Shown one piece after another: positions 24,528-36,834 of a stretch of 64,000 nt of DNA. A program made the position numbers and the translations under genes. The stretch covers positions 5,343,858 through 5,407,857 of the forward strand of contig NC_068982.1 in the NCBI RefSeq assembly GCF_001194135.2, given 5' to 3'. The stretch comes from Octopus bimaculoides. Lineage: Eukaryota. The notes beneath the pieces were generated by a model that saw only the letters and a list, made by a program, of their open reading frames with translations, ran no database searches and was not told where the DNA came from. The stretch's first letter is position 1; each line of letters starts with the position of its first letter.

Positions 24528-25389
24528 TGAGGTGTAGTCAAAGAGAATCAGACCTTTGGCCAGAAAACAAGTAATATTAAAAAACACACCATTTTGGTTT
24601 AGTCTCCTTTAAAGTATTTGCCTTTGGGGTCTACACACTTCTGCCAGCGTTCCTGGGAACATTTCTGGAAATCACTTTTTGGGATTCTGTAGAGCTGTGC
24701 CATCAAATTTTGCTTAATGTCCTTTGTTGACTCAAATCTTCTCCCTTTCAGTGTTTATCTTTAGCTTTGGGAATAGCCAAGCCACACGGAGCCAAGTCTG
24801 GGCAGTAGGAATCCCGATGAACAAAGTGGTGTGTTTTGCTTGACGAGGAATGCTTGGACAACATGGGCGGAATGAACTAACTGAACTGACCCATGGCTGA
24901 TTCCATCTTCGGCAACAATCTCCTCAATAGTCACACGATGGTCTTCATAGACTATTCCTTGAACCTTTGCAATCATTTCACCGTTTCTGCTAGTCAATGG
25001 TCTGCCATAATGTGACTCACTGTCCACTGAGGTGTGGTCATCTTTGAACCGGTTGTACCACTCTTTTATTTGTGTTTTCCCATACCATCATCTCCAAAGG
25101 CCTTCTGAATCTTTTCTATAGTCTGGACTTACGTATCACCAAGTTTTTGATAGAATATCTTTGATCAATGTATTCGGTCATCTTGACACAAAAAGAAAAA
25201 TTGCACAGCACACTCTTCACGTCTGTACTCAACGCGTCACTGCAGGTGAATGGTGCACACTACAGGCACAAAAATTTTGAGGCATGCTCAGGAAGGACGC
25301 GGTCACCTAAAACCCGTGTGGATTTTGCTCACGCATTATTATTTTGTGCAAAAATATCAAGGTCAGATACTTTTCGACTACACTTTGCA
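24528..25389 (-). mobile_element. Internally deleted mariner transposon
   Basis: Imperfect TIRs TGAGGTGTAGTCAAAGAGAATCAGACCTT / TGCAAAGTGTAGTCGAAAAGTATCTGACCTT with TA on both sides. Remnant QIKEWYNRFKDDHTSVDSESHYGRPLTS...VTIEEIVAEDGISHGSVQ is joined directly to HSAHVVQAFLVKQN and ...RWQKCVDPKGKYFKGD*. Confidence 0.88.
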
Positions 25390-25479
25390 TATTAAATTAT
25401 TTTAAGACTTTACAATGTCAAACTGATGTAATGCTCTGATCAGATTCCTGAGATTGGGAAGAAAGTTTTGAGAACAGAC

Positions 25480-25975
25480 AGTACTACACTGGGATTATTT
25501 CTTTTCTTCTTCTTGGTCAATATTCAATGAGACAACATTCTCATTGAAACTCCAAAGAATAGACACTTCCAGGAATTCAAAAGACTGTCAAGCATACTTA
25601 TATTTTCCCAATTGGACCAGAAGCTGTAATCTAATTTATTCAAGATAATTCTCCAAATCCATTTGCATAAGATATCTTCAACTTTGTTTAAGAAACCATA
25701 TTTCTGCAGCATTGATAAGCTATGGCACTTGTTTGTTGATGATCCAAGTCAGACTACCATTTTGTAAGAATAGATTCTATATATACCCCACAGACTCTTT
25801 TCCTCATTCTTATTGATAATTGCTTATGTGACAGTAAATCTTTGATGTCACTGGAAGCTGCCTTCACTTGTCTAATCCTTTTATCATTTTTTTTCCCATC
25901 CGATGTAATGATGCTTCCCAAATATCTAACTCTAATGACTTGTTTCAAGGTTGTTCCATTAATTCTTATGCTGCA
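25480..25975 (-). mobile_element. RTE-like LINE post-RT fragment, degenerate
   Basis: MKQVIRVRYLGSIITSDGK...KAASSDIKDLLSHKQLSIRMRKRVCGVYIESIL resembles the RTE region after the RT. Confidence 0.7.
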
Positions 25976-25989
25976 AATTGGTGGTACTT

Positions 25990-26300
25990 TCTCTGATTTT
26001 CATCTTTTACTTGTTGCGGCCATGCTGGAGCACCACCTTAAGCTGAATGAATCGACCCCAGGACTTATTCTATCGGTCTCTTTTGCTGAACCACTAAGTT
26101 ATGGGGTCATAGATACACCAACATTGGTGGGGAAACATATATATAATATACATACGACAGGCTTCTTTCAGTTTGTCTACCAAATCCACTCACAAGGCTT
26201 TGGCCAGCCTGAGGCACAAGACACTTGCCCAAGGTGCCATGCAATGGGACTGAACCCAGAGCCATTTTTTTTGGTAAGCAAGCTACTTGCCACACAGCCT
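25990..26300 (-). mobile_element. SINE family A
   Basis: Pattern match to 46681-47090. Confidence 0.75.
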
Positions 26301-29300
26301 AATCATGCATTATCTCATAGCTTTGCGATTTCAATGATGTAATTGTTCTATTTTTAGAATGACATTGTAGGACAGGCCAGATCTGGCTGGTTTTTAAAAA
26401 TAAACCAAGTAGAATATTTAGACTGGATAAGACTGGTTTGAATGCTGAAGGGATATAGGAGAAAGGGTAGAAAACAAGAATTGTAAGAAAATAAAGATTG
26501 ACTTTATTCAAAGTATTCTTCAGGTAATTATGAACAAATTAAATCAAAACGAGTTTATAAATTTGGTGTCAGTTACAAATAAAATGGAACATTTGAGTAT
26601 TGGAACATTCACTTACCGAAAAAGGAACCACTGCTTTTTTTTTTTTTTAATACTCTTTCAGAATTATTTTCTCTGATTTATAAAATATGCATACATTGCC
26701 AAACTAGGGAATTATCATGCAAAAAACTCTTTTTAAAAAAAAAAAAATGGTAAAAGAATTAGTTTTGTTGAGAAAGACAAACTAAATCATACAGAATTAG
26801 GATTCTTGCATCACTAATATATTGGGAACATTGAAATCTGTTTTACACCAAATTTCTGGCAATAATGTCCATTAATTCACTGAAAGCCTTCCTTTAAATC
26901 TAGTTTGGCTTTGTAAAATATTCAGAGAATATTCTCAGTTAGAATATGAAAAAGTTCATGTGATCAATGATGTGTTAATCAATCATTGAAATTCTTTTTT
27001 ATTAAGCATGTAAGTAATAAACATGTTTTTTTTTTAAGCTATCGAGGTCATGAAAAAGCAATGGTGTTCATTTAATCAACTGAAGATAAAGCATTATGAG
27101 GTAAATATCAGATTTTTTTTTTTTAAAATAAACAAAACTTTTAAGTGAAATCAAATAAATGAAAATAAATTTTTAAATTAAAAACCTAACCATGATAAGA
27201 ATGCAATAACATTTGAAAACAAAACTAAAAAGTCTCAGACAAATTTGTTCTATTTTATGATACATTTTGGAAGAATTTGTCATGGAATTTCAGAACATGC
27301 ATGTCAATGTCCTATTCAGAATGTTGTCGTCATTATCATGGCCTTGTGCCTAAATCAGTAGTAGTATGGGGGCATGTGCTGTAACAACTAGTCACTGCAT
27401 CCACCATTTGTTGGTGATTCCCTTCACCTGACAGGTAACACCATTGCACCACTCAGGCACCACCCCTGCAACCCATGGTTCCGTTTTGGGTAGTCATTGC
27501 CGGTGAAGGTTTTACGAAGTCAGAGTGAATATCCTACATTAACTCCTTTCAGTCAAATTTTATGACACACTCCTTTCAAGGATGATAAAATATATGCTAA
27601 GCAAGAACAGGAGTTGCTATCATCAACTGTCCCCTCACCCAGAATATTGAGCCTTATTCCCAGGTTATAAATCCTGATTATTACTAAGGCAACAAAATGG
27701 CAGAACCATTAGCACACTGGACAAAATGCTCAGCAGCATTTCTTTCAGCTTTATGATCTGAGTTCAAATTCCAACAAGGCCAGCCTTGCTTTTTATCCTT
27801 TTAGGGTTCTTAAAATAACTACTAGTTGAGCACTGGGGAGTGACGTAATTAACTAACCACCCTCCCACAAAATTTCAGGCCTTGTGCTTAGAGTAGAAAA
27901 TAATTATTACAATTATCCTCATATTTTCAAGTGTTGATATATAAGCACCAGTCGGGTATTAGAGACAATTTAACCTACTCTGTCCAGCATGCAATTTTTC
28001 AATCCTGTACCAATGCTGGAAATCATTGAGTGAGAGAGCAGAGCATGCCATCAAAGTGACCCTGGGGTAAAATATACGAAGCCCAGTATACCCATCACAA
28101 CTACCTGTCTGATAGGGGTGCATCACAGTCACATACCAAAATAAACAGTGCATGACCTTGCAGGTGGGGCTCAGTTAGAATTTTTTTCAGGTCGAGTAGC
28201 CCACCCTGCTCAAAATGTCCCTGAATAAGGTTTGTTTTAAGGATGATAAACAAAACACCCATGTTTCCAGAGGTGAATTATTCAAACCTCAAAGAATTCC
28301 TCTCAACACATGGCTATGATGCTCGTGATCAGAGATGCACATACTATTATCATCATCACCACCACTATCATTATTAAGGGCAATGAATTGGTAGAGTTAT
28401 TAGTGTGAGACAAAATGGCTTGTGGTATTTGCTCTGGCTCCTCAGCTCTGAGTTCAAATCTGGCTACTGTCAACTTTACCTTTTATTCTTTCAGTGTTTA
28501 TAGGTAGAACACTAGTCAAGTACCCAAGTTTTTGATCTTGTATGTTTATACTAAAAACAATAATCATTATTGACTTTAAATTGTTAGAAAGTGCTTCACA
28601 GCATTTAACGGTTATTTATATTGTTTTATTCTTTTATGTTTCAGCTCCAAGGCTGTGGCCATGCTGAGGCACTGCCAGTATTCTTTAAAAAATAGAAACA
28701 TGGAAAAAAATATAAATAATTCTTTCTAATTTTGGTACAAGGCCAAATATGAAAGGGAGAAGGAAGTTGATTACATGGTACTTTCATTCATTGACCCTGA
28801 AAAAATGAATATCAGAGTTAACCTCGGTGACATTTGAACTCTGAGCATAATGGGTTGGAAGAAATGCCACCAAACATTTTGTCACACTAATGGTTCTATC
28901 AGTTCACCATCTTTAATAATAAATTTTTCAGATTGGCAGAAAAAAAAAAAAAAAAACAAAGAAAAAAATCAATTTCTAGAGAACTATAGATGACTGAATT
29001 AACCTCCATGTACTTTTGGTTCTTCTGCAAACCCACGAGGGATTCAAGGAAATCGTGTTCAAGTTATTTGTTGTGAAAGATAAGGTAAGTGCCATTAAAA
29101 GTCAAAATAATATTATTCTAAACTAGTTTCTTGGAAACGAATATTAAATTTTTACACCACAAAGAATTCCCAGCAAATGGTTGTGCTGAATCACATTACA
29201 ACTTCAGAATGATTTCAATTTACGATGCAGAGGGATGATTCTAAATACCATTTGGCGTTTAGTTTGATGCAGAGCAGTGCAGCCATTTCTATCACCCGAT

Positions 29301-29976
29301 GAAAAAGAATGAAAAGTTCCTTGCATAAAAAATTCAAATCATTTGTGCATCACTTTCAAAACTTATTTCATTGAGGTAATTATGGATGTCTACATGTGTG
29401 TGCTTTTTTTTAATATATATACATATAAATCTCTCACACAAACTACTTATGCACTCACAATACATTCATGAATCTCTCTCTCACTCTGTATATATATATA
29501 TATATTTGCATGTATTATATACATATATGCTTGTGTGTGTGTGTATGCTTTATACATATATATGCTTGTGTGTATATCATCATTGTCATCATTTAACGTC
29601 CACTGATGATGATGTGTGCGTACATATATATCCTGGGCCAACGATTGTAACATTTTGGCTGTTCTTCATAGATTTGTTAATATTTCAGGATAAAAGTTTA
29701 ATGCTTAGATTCAGTGGCACCACAAATTCCTCCAGTCTCACTTTGATTTCGTTTTGTTTTCTCACTTTGCATAAGGCTTGATATAATTACATCAAGTAAA
29801 ACATATACTGTACATGATTACCAGTGAACCATTTTGAAAAGGTGCGAAGCAAGTTTATGGCAGACTCCATAGGAATCAAAGTCACAAAATTCCCATTCAT
29901 GCTGGAATGAATGTAGCAAGACTGTCCATTTTAAAATATAAATATCCATCACCAGGAAGAAAAACTTATTTTGTGT

Positions 29977-29982
29977 TTTATT
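29977..29982 (-). promoter_or_regulatory. Candidate polyadenylation signal of the CLC gene
   Basis: AATAAA on the minus strand ~40 nt after the stop codon; more distal candidates exist (e.g. 28625-28630). Confidence 0.3.
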
Positions 29983-30022
29983 CAAAGTTGTAATAAATTG
30001 TTTTTGCATGCTTTCTTTCTCC

Positions 30023-30073
30023 TCATTTGTCTGCAAATCTGGCAAGATCTTTGCGTGTCACAATGCCACACAC
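30023..30073 (-). CDS. CLCN7: CLC-7-like, last coding exon (CBS2 end)
   Basis: tttgtgtttcag|VCGIVTRKDLARFADK*. Confidence 0.9.
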   Translation of the reverse strand: MCGIVTRKDLARFADK

Positions 30074-30119
30074 CTGAAACACAAAGGAAAAGAATATTCA
30101 GTTATCAGAAACCGCAATG

Positions 30120-30345
30120 CTTCATCATCATCGTCATTTGACTGGGGGACTGGCAAGCCAGTAAGGCTGTGCCAGGCTCCAATCTGATCTGGCGAGGTTT
30201 CTACAGATGGATACCCATGCTAACACTGACCACTCCGAGAGTGTAGCGGGTGCTTTTTACGTGCCAGCGGCACAGAAGCCAGTCAGGGGGCACTTGCATC
30301 GACCCCATTCCGATGGTGCTTTTTATGTGCCACCGGCACAGGAGA
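30120..30345 (-). mobile_element. RTE 3' tail in the last CLC intron
   Basis: CATCATCATCGTC...CCAGGCTCCAATCTGATCTGG...GGGTGCTTTTTACGTGCC. Confidence 0.7.
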
Positions 30346-30805
30346 TGTTCGCTAAAATAGTGATATCACAAATTGCCTGCAGTAGTTTAAGATCCAACAT
30401 TGGGCATGTTTTTTACTTTTCTTTTTTAATCCATCTGATATCAAACTGTAAGTTTGAGTACTAAAAAAAAAACAAGGAAATCTACTATCGTAAATTATTC
30501 AATTGAATAAATTGCAAAGATTTTTTAAAATACATTTATTATGAAACTTGTTTAAATATAGAGAAATGGTAAGCTCCACATATGGACATTCCATCACACA
30601 GCTTGAGTCTTTGTTGCACCATTTTATTTCTCTTATTCCTAATCTCTGTGGATTTCAGACCTTCCCTAATAGTTGGTCTGGAATGTTCACTACTAACAAC
30701 TAAATGCTACATGAATTTTTTTTTTCTTTTTTCTATGTAGAAATTATAAAGGCAAAAAAAGAGAAAGATTTGTAGGGCATTTAATTTGATAAGAAGTAAG
30801 CTTAC

Positions 30806-30886
30806 CTGATGTTCAGAATTTATAACTGTAACATGCCGCAAGCCTAATGCCCGAAACAGCCGGAAGATTCGTGAGTATGTTGCACG
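30806..30886 (-). CDS. CLCN7: CLC-7-like exon (CBS2)
   Basis: cttccag|RATYSRIFRLFRALGLRHVTVINSEHQ|gtaagc. Confidence 0.96.
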
Positions 30887-31389
30887 CTGGAAGTGAGGAA
30901 TGAAATAAGAGACATTTAGTAACAAATTAAAACCAAATTGGCTTTAGTATCAAAATTCGTAATATTAATTATGGGAGAAGAACTGCATAATATGGTAAAG
31001 GAAAGGCGAGGAGAGAGAGAAAAGAATGTTTAGCAGAAGGGAATATTGAAATGGTGAGAGGTGGAAGAAGGTAATGCTATAATGTTATATGGTCAGGTGG
31101 TTGGTTGAAGAGAGAGGAGGCAAAAAAGACAAAACCAGAAAAGTGTTTACTGGAGAGAAAATGAGAACAGTGAGAGGAGAAAGGGAACGTTACAGACATA
31201 CAAGAACTGTAGTAGCCATTAAAGTGGTGGTGGGGGGGTGTCATCTGTAGGGATATTCCTTAATGAAGTTGGAGACAGAAGAATATGGTTTTTTTTACTC
31301 AACTATTTTTTTTACAAAATATTCATGCACTTTAGAGTAATTAATTGTCGTCTGCTAAACGAACATTTCATATTTGTTTACCTATAGTA

Positions 31390-32318
31390 CAGTGGTTCCC
31401 AACTCTTTTATATAAATGAGTTTTCCCATAGACCCCTTTTAATATGCTTAACCTTATGTATGTGTGTATGTGTGTGGGACGTGCTGTCTGGGTAGGCAAG
31501 GTGGGCAGTGCCTACCCTGAATAAAATAGATCAATAGTAATATTTTCCTTTTATGACAAAATATGCCCCTAAGTCAATAAAATTATGAAGGTTACTCTGA
31601 TTACTATGCATAAAATGCAAAATGTTTTTTGTTTTTTTTTGTAGATTAGGTAGGCATAATTCGCCCCTGGCCTTTCAATCTCAGTATTAAAGCTACACAG
31701 GGTATTGCTGTAGTACACATGCTGCGTACATTCCTACAACAATGTTTTTTTTATGCGCTAAAAAGGCAGAAGTAATTCTGCCTCCAACTCAGTCGTACGC
31801 CTTGTGTTCCATCCCATAAACGTCACCAGCTGAGTGATTACCAACGGCACATGCCTGAGATATATTTATATATAGGTTATGAGAGGTAATGGTGTCAAGA
31901 AGACCCAAAGGTGTCAGGTAATGCCGAGTAAGTGCTATGGACAGACTATAGTTAAGCTCAAGGTTTAGCGATTATGTCAATGAGGAGTCCAACATGGGTC
32001 ATATATTAGCATGTGTATATATAAAAAAATTTACAGAATGAGATAAAGAATCCAAGGCTGTGAAAGATATCAGAGCATTTATAAAGAGAAGGTCTTACAG
32101 CTGTTTCCGAGATATTATATATATCCCTTCATCAGAGACAGTGCGAGAAAATGGTTACGCTATAGTTATTATAAAGTAGATATGAAATCTGTGTGTGTAT
32201 GTATGTATATATATATATGATGATGATGATATATATATATATACACACACATAAAATTTTGAATTTAGTTCATGGATCCCCAGTACTACCTTTGCAGACC
32301 CCAGGTTGGGAACCACTG
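31390..32318. mobile_element. hAT-like non-autonomous element with nested sequence
   Basis: TIRs CAGTGGTTCCCAAC (31390-31403) and GTTGGGAACCACTG (32305-32318); TSD not evident. Confidence 0.65.
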
Positions 32319-32517
32319 ATCTACAACATTACTGGCAGCTCTGTATGTAACTCAGTAACTATGAAATAAAAGGGAAGACATAAAATTTAGATTATTTATG
32401 AGACAATTGACTGATAAACTATGGAAGGAAATGAAAGACATAATCTATTGAAGAACAACAATTATATTATTTGTGAGACAAAGATTTGATAAATATTCTA
32501 AATTAAGTACAGAAATA

Positions 32518-32679
32518 GGCACAGGCATGGCTGTGTAGTAAGAAGTTTGCTTCTCAATTACATGGTTCTGGGTTCAGTCTCACTGCATGGCACCTTTGGC
32601 AAGTATCTTCTACACTAGCCATGGGCCAACCTAAGCCTTGTGAGTCGATTTGGTAGACGGAAACTGAAAGAAGCCTGTT

Positions 32680-32716
<37 letters not shown>

Positions 32717-33035
32717 GTGGGCATCTTTGTGTGTGTTTATTTCCAGTCACCACTTGACAAACCTGTGCTGGTTTGTTTACAATCCTGTAAGTTAGTAGTT
32801 CAGCAAAAGAGATCAATAGAATAAGTATCAGGATTTAAAAAAGAAGTACAGCAGTCAATTCACTTGAATAAAATTCCCAAGGGCAATGCCGCAGCATGGC
32901 CACAGTCTAATGACTGAACCAGATCCACTCCCAAGGCTTTGGTCTGTCCGAGGCTGTAGTAAAAGACACCTGCCAAGGTGCCACACAGTGGGACTGAACC
33001 CACAACTATGTGGTTGGGAAGCAATCTTCTTACCA
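32518..33035. mobile_element. SINE family A (+) abutting an inverted family-A head
   Basis: Pattern match to 46681-47090. Confidence 0.75.
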
Positions 33036-33039
33036 CACA

Positions 33040-33245
33040 TGTATGTATATGTGGGTATGTAAATATGTGTTTACAAGTATAGTGCAAGATTTGCAGATGT
33101 TTTTTTGCATGAAGGTTGCAGATATTTTTGTCTGCATGTCTATAGGTTTACACACACACACGCATACACAATTACATACATATACACATAAGGTGTATTA
33201 AGACATAAATACGCATCTTTTTACACTTGCACATAAAAATATTTG
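33040..33245 (+). repeat. ~205 bp direct duplication, copy 1 (copy 2 at 35480-35682)
   Basis: Near-identical GTATGTATATGTGGG...ATAGTGCAAGATTTGCAGA...CACTTGCACATAAAAATATTTG. Confidence 0.9.
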
Positions 33246-34122
33246 GCACATGAAAAGAGAGAGAAATGTGATGATGAAATGAGACAGCATCATCTAAAAT
33301 TCTACAAAATATTCAAGAATTGTGTTCTTTACAAACTCATGCTCAATCATTGAATAATTTCTTTTTCTGTGTATTTTAAATTATACATTTGTTTTCATTA
33401 ACTAAACTTTGTTAAATTGTGAATGAGAACAGTTGAGAAAGCTCTGATCATTTAAGTTGCTTAACTTGTCAGAAATAGCAGCAAAAATCTTCATCAGACT
33501 ACACCTTATCTTAAAAGGGAAAGGATACATTAGAATTACTCTACCTGAGAAAAAATGTGGGTCTCCTTTAATCAGAGCTGATCTGGGGCTTAACAGCAAC
33601 AAACATTCTTTTCTACTCTAGGCACAAGGCCTGAAATTTTTGGGGAGGGGACCAGTTGATTAGATCGACCCCACTACACAACCAGTACTTAATTTATCAA
33701 CCCTGAAAGGTAAAGTTGACCTCGGCGGAATTTGAACTCAGAACATAAAGACAGATAAAATACCGTGAAGCATTTCGCCTGGTGTGCTAATGATTCTGCC
33801 AGCCTGCTGCCACAACAACAAACATTACCTGGAAAATAATGTGTCCGGGTCCCAAACAATAAATGACCGATTACAGATGGTCACTCATGATTGGACAACA
33901 ATAAGATCAGAGGGAGGTTAATAGTACAGGTGACATTACAAAACTAATTGTAATAATAGTGATATAGTAGCTGCAGTTGTAAAGTTGGTATGTCAGTAGT
34001 GGTGGTGGTGGTAGTTGTTTAAACCAGATCTACTCTGAATTAGCTAATCTATGATCAACAGCAGTCCATCCATGACCATCTCATCGTCACATTTTTAGAA
34101 ACAGTTTATTTAGAACATAGAG

Positions 34123-34446
34123 CAATGGTTCTCAACAAGGGTCCATATAAAATTTCAGTGGGAGGGGGGGTCCACATAAGTTAGTAATTTGAGGACATAC
34201 AGTAGTATATTAAGGGCTCACCAAAACATTTTACTTTTCATGTATTTATTGTAAGATACAGGTTTTGTTCTCTAATGTTTTACATAGTTTAACCTACGTG
34301 AGTGAATGTGTGAAAAGTAAAAAGGAATTTTGAAAGAAATGTCTATGAAACTAGTTTTTGAACATCAAATGGTTACGGGGGTTCGTCAGAATAAAACAGT
34401 AATCAAAGGTGTTCATAGGTAAAAAAAAAATGGTTGAGATCCACTG
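34123..34446. mobile_element. hAT MITE with an 8 bp TSD
   Basis: TIRs CAATGGTTCTCAAC / GTTGAGATCCACTG; flanks ACATAGAG and ACATAAAG (7/8). Confidence 0.82.
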
Positions 34447-35388
34447 ACATAAAGGAAGTTATGGTATGGTTGCTATTTTTAGCAGGTTGAGCAACCACTT
34501 AAAGGTCTCACATTTGTTTGCTGTGGTGGTGGCAGTAGTTGAGATAAGGGAAGTGTTGGCAGGGTACACAGTGAAGGTTACAGTAGAGGAATCAAATGGG
34601 GATGGTGGCAAAGATGCTGATGATAGTAATAAAAGAGACAATGGTAATGCTAGTGGGAGTAGCACCAACCAATGACAAGGATAAGGATAATGGTAAAAGT
34701 TAATGGGGGAAGTGATGACCGTGTGATTTTATTGGGGACAGCAACAAATGGTTGTAGAGGTGACTATCAAATGAGAGAAGACCCATGTATAGCAGGGATG
34801 ATAAAGAGAAGGCAAAGATGGTATTTAGTGATTAATGTCAGCAGTGGTGGCCATGGCGATAGAGAAAGAAAAAAAATTTTTAATGAAGTGAAATGGCAGT
34901 GGAGACTGAATGAAAAATAAAAAGACCAAAAGAAAGAAAAAAAAAAAACTTGGCAGTTACATTTCATTCATGATGTCTTATCAAATATATTTGCATTTCA
35001 TTCATCAAAAAAAGAATTTAAGAATGAAAAAAAAAAAAAAATCAGAAGGGGATTGAATAACTAAAACTGCTTTCTAACACAAAAGAATTACTTAATGAAG
35101 AGATGTAGAAATCTTTGTTTCCCTCAGCTTACAACAGCAATCTAGTGCACAGACATTCCATCACACAAGACGGCATCTTACAAGCTATTTTCAACTGATA
35201 TTGATAATGCAATTCAACATCAGTGCAAAGGTATGATTGCGTGTATGCGTATATATGTGTGTGTGTGTGTGTGTGTGAGTCATCGAATCTGTTAGTGTTG
35301 CACCAAAGTTATTGATCTTTTACGCCTACACTGTGAAGATGTACTGTGTTCCAGTGGGAACATCTTTCAGACTGTGGTAGTGTAGATG

Positions 35389-35422
<34 letters not shown>

Positions 35423-35479
35423 CAGCTTGAAAAAAAAAGCAAAAGAGAATATATGTGTGTGTGCACATACATACACATA

Positions 35480-35682
35480 TGTATGTATATGTGGGTATAT
35501 AAATATGTGTTTACTAATATAGTGCAAGATTTGCAGATTTTTTTTGCATGAAGGTTGCAGATATTTTTGTCTGCATGTCTATAGGTTTACACACGCATAC
35601 ACAATTACATACATATACACATAAGGTGTATTAATAGACATATAAATACGCATCTTTTTACACTTGCACATAAAAATATTTG
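35480..35682 (+). repeat. ~205 bp direct duplication, copy 2
   Basis: See 33040-33245. Confidence 0.9.
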
Positions 35683-36030
35683 TCTGTTCACACTTGATTT
35701 ATAGTTCTATCTTTTGGCTAGTTTGGGGCTGCCAAAGCAAAACAAGGTCTCTTGTCTAATAAGGTTAAATTCACTATGGTTATATATATCAGAGCAAAAT
35801 TTAGAGCAGTTATAAAAATATTGATTTTTACTAAATTATGAAATCTCTGGACTTTACTTCTACTACTACCACTGCCACCTGTGAAGTCATGGTGTTGATG
35901 CCTTTCTCTAATACATTAAGTGATATAATAGAATCGGTGAAGTGATTCCAACAGTATATCAAAACTGAGTCACAACTTCAGTTCCCATGGTACACGTCAC
36001 GTGAACTTTTAAATAACTAATTCTTGTATT

Positions 36031-36432
36031 CTCTTTTACTCTCTTTTACTTGTTTCAGTCATTTGACTGTAGCCATGCTGGAGCACCACCTTTAGTCAAG
36101 CAAATCGACCCCAGGACTTATTCTTTTGTAAGCCTAGTACTTATTCTATCGGTCTTCTTTTGCCGAACCGCTAAGTTACGGGGACGTAAACACACCAGCA
36201 TCGGTTGTCAAGCAATGTTAGGAGGACAAACACAGATACACACAAACACACACATATATATACAGATACAAGACGGGCTTCTTTCAGTTTCCGTCTACCA
36301 AATCCACTCACGAGGCTTTGGTTGGCCTGAGGCTATAGTAGAAGACACTTGCCTGAGGTGCCACGCAGTGGGACTGAACCCAGAACCATGTGGCTGGTAA
36401 GCAAGCTACTTACCACACAGACACTCTTGCGC
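36031..36432 (-). mobile_element. SINE family A, near full length
   Basis: (AAGAGTAA)n tail through to the tRNA-like head on the minus strand. Confidence 0.85.
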
Positions 36433-36834
36433 TTATATGAGTTTTAAAATTTAAGATTTTTGAAGGACAAACTGGATTTGAGGGGTTGCAACAAACCAAA
36501 GATAATTGAGGACATTGTAATCAACTGGAAAGAACTATGAACTGAAACCAACTCCAAGCACTAGATGGAGTGCTCAACAGCTTGTCGAGTATTCTATAAA
36601 GGGTCATTCTTTGTGAGTTCATAATAATGATTTGTTAGTGTTTTGCCCCAGGACACAGATTTGCTTTTGATCAACCATGACCAACCAGTTGTTTTTTTTT
36701 TTCTTTCTATCATTCTCAAGTATTGGAATGGTGTCCAATGGAATGACAATTTTGTATTTATTTATTGCAAACCTTACTTTGAAAACATTGACTATTAGAA
36801 TTTAAGATTTCCAACTCATTGAATAATAATAATA

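Noticed and set aside
34459-34967. Several overlapping 66-82 aa ORFs
   Set aside because: Degenerate purine-rich (GGT/GAT)n low-complexity sequence
35128-35230. Plus-strand exon-like segment with good acceptor and donor (also 29040-29084 and 23624-23692)
   Set aside because: Isolated, no recognisable homology, cannot be chained confidently; such hits are expected by chance in AT-rich DNA
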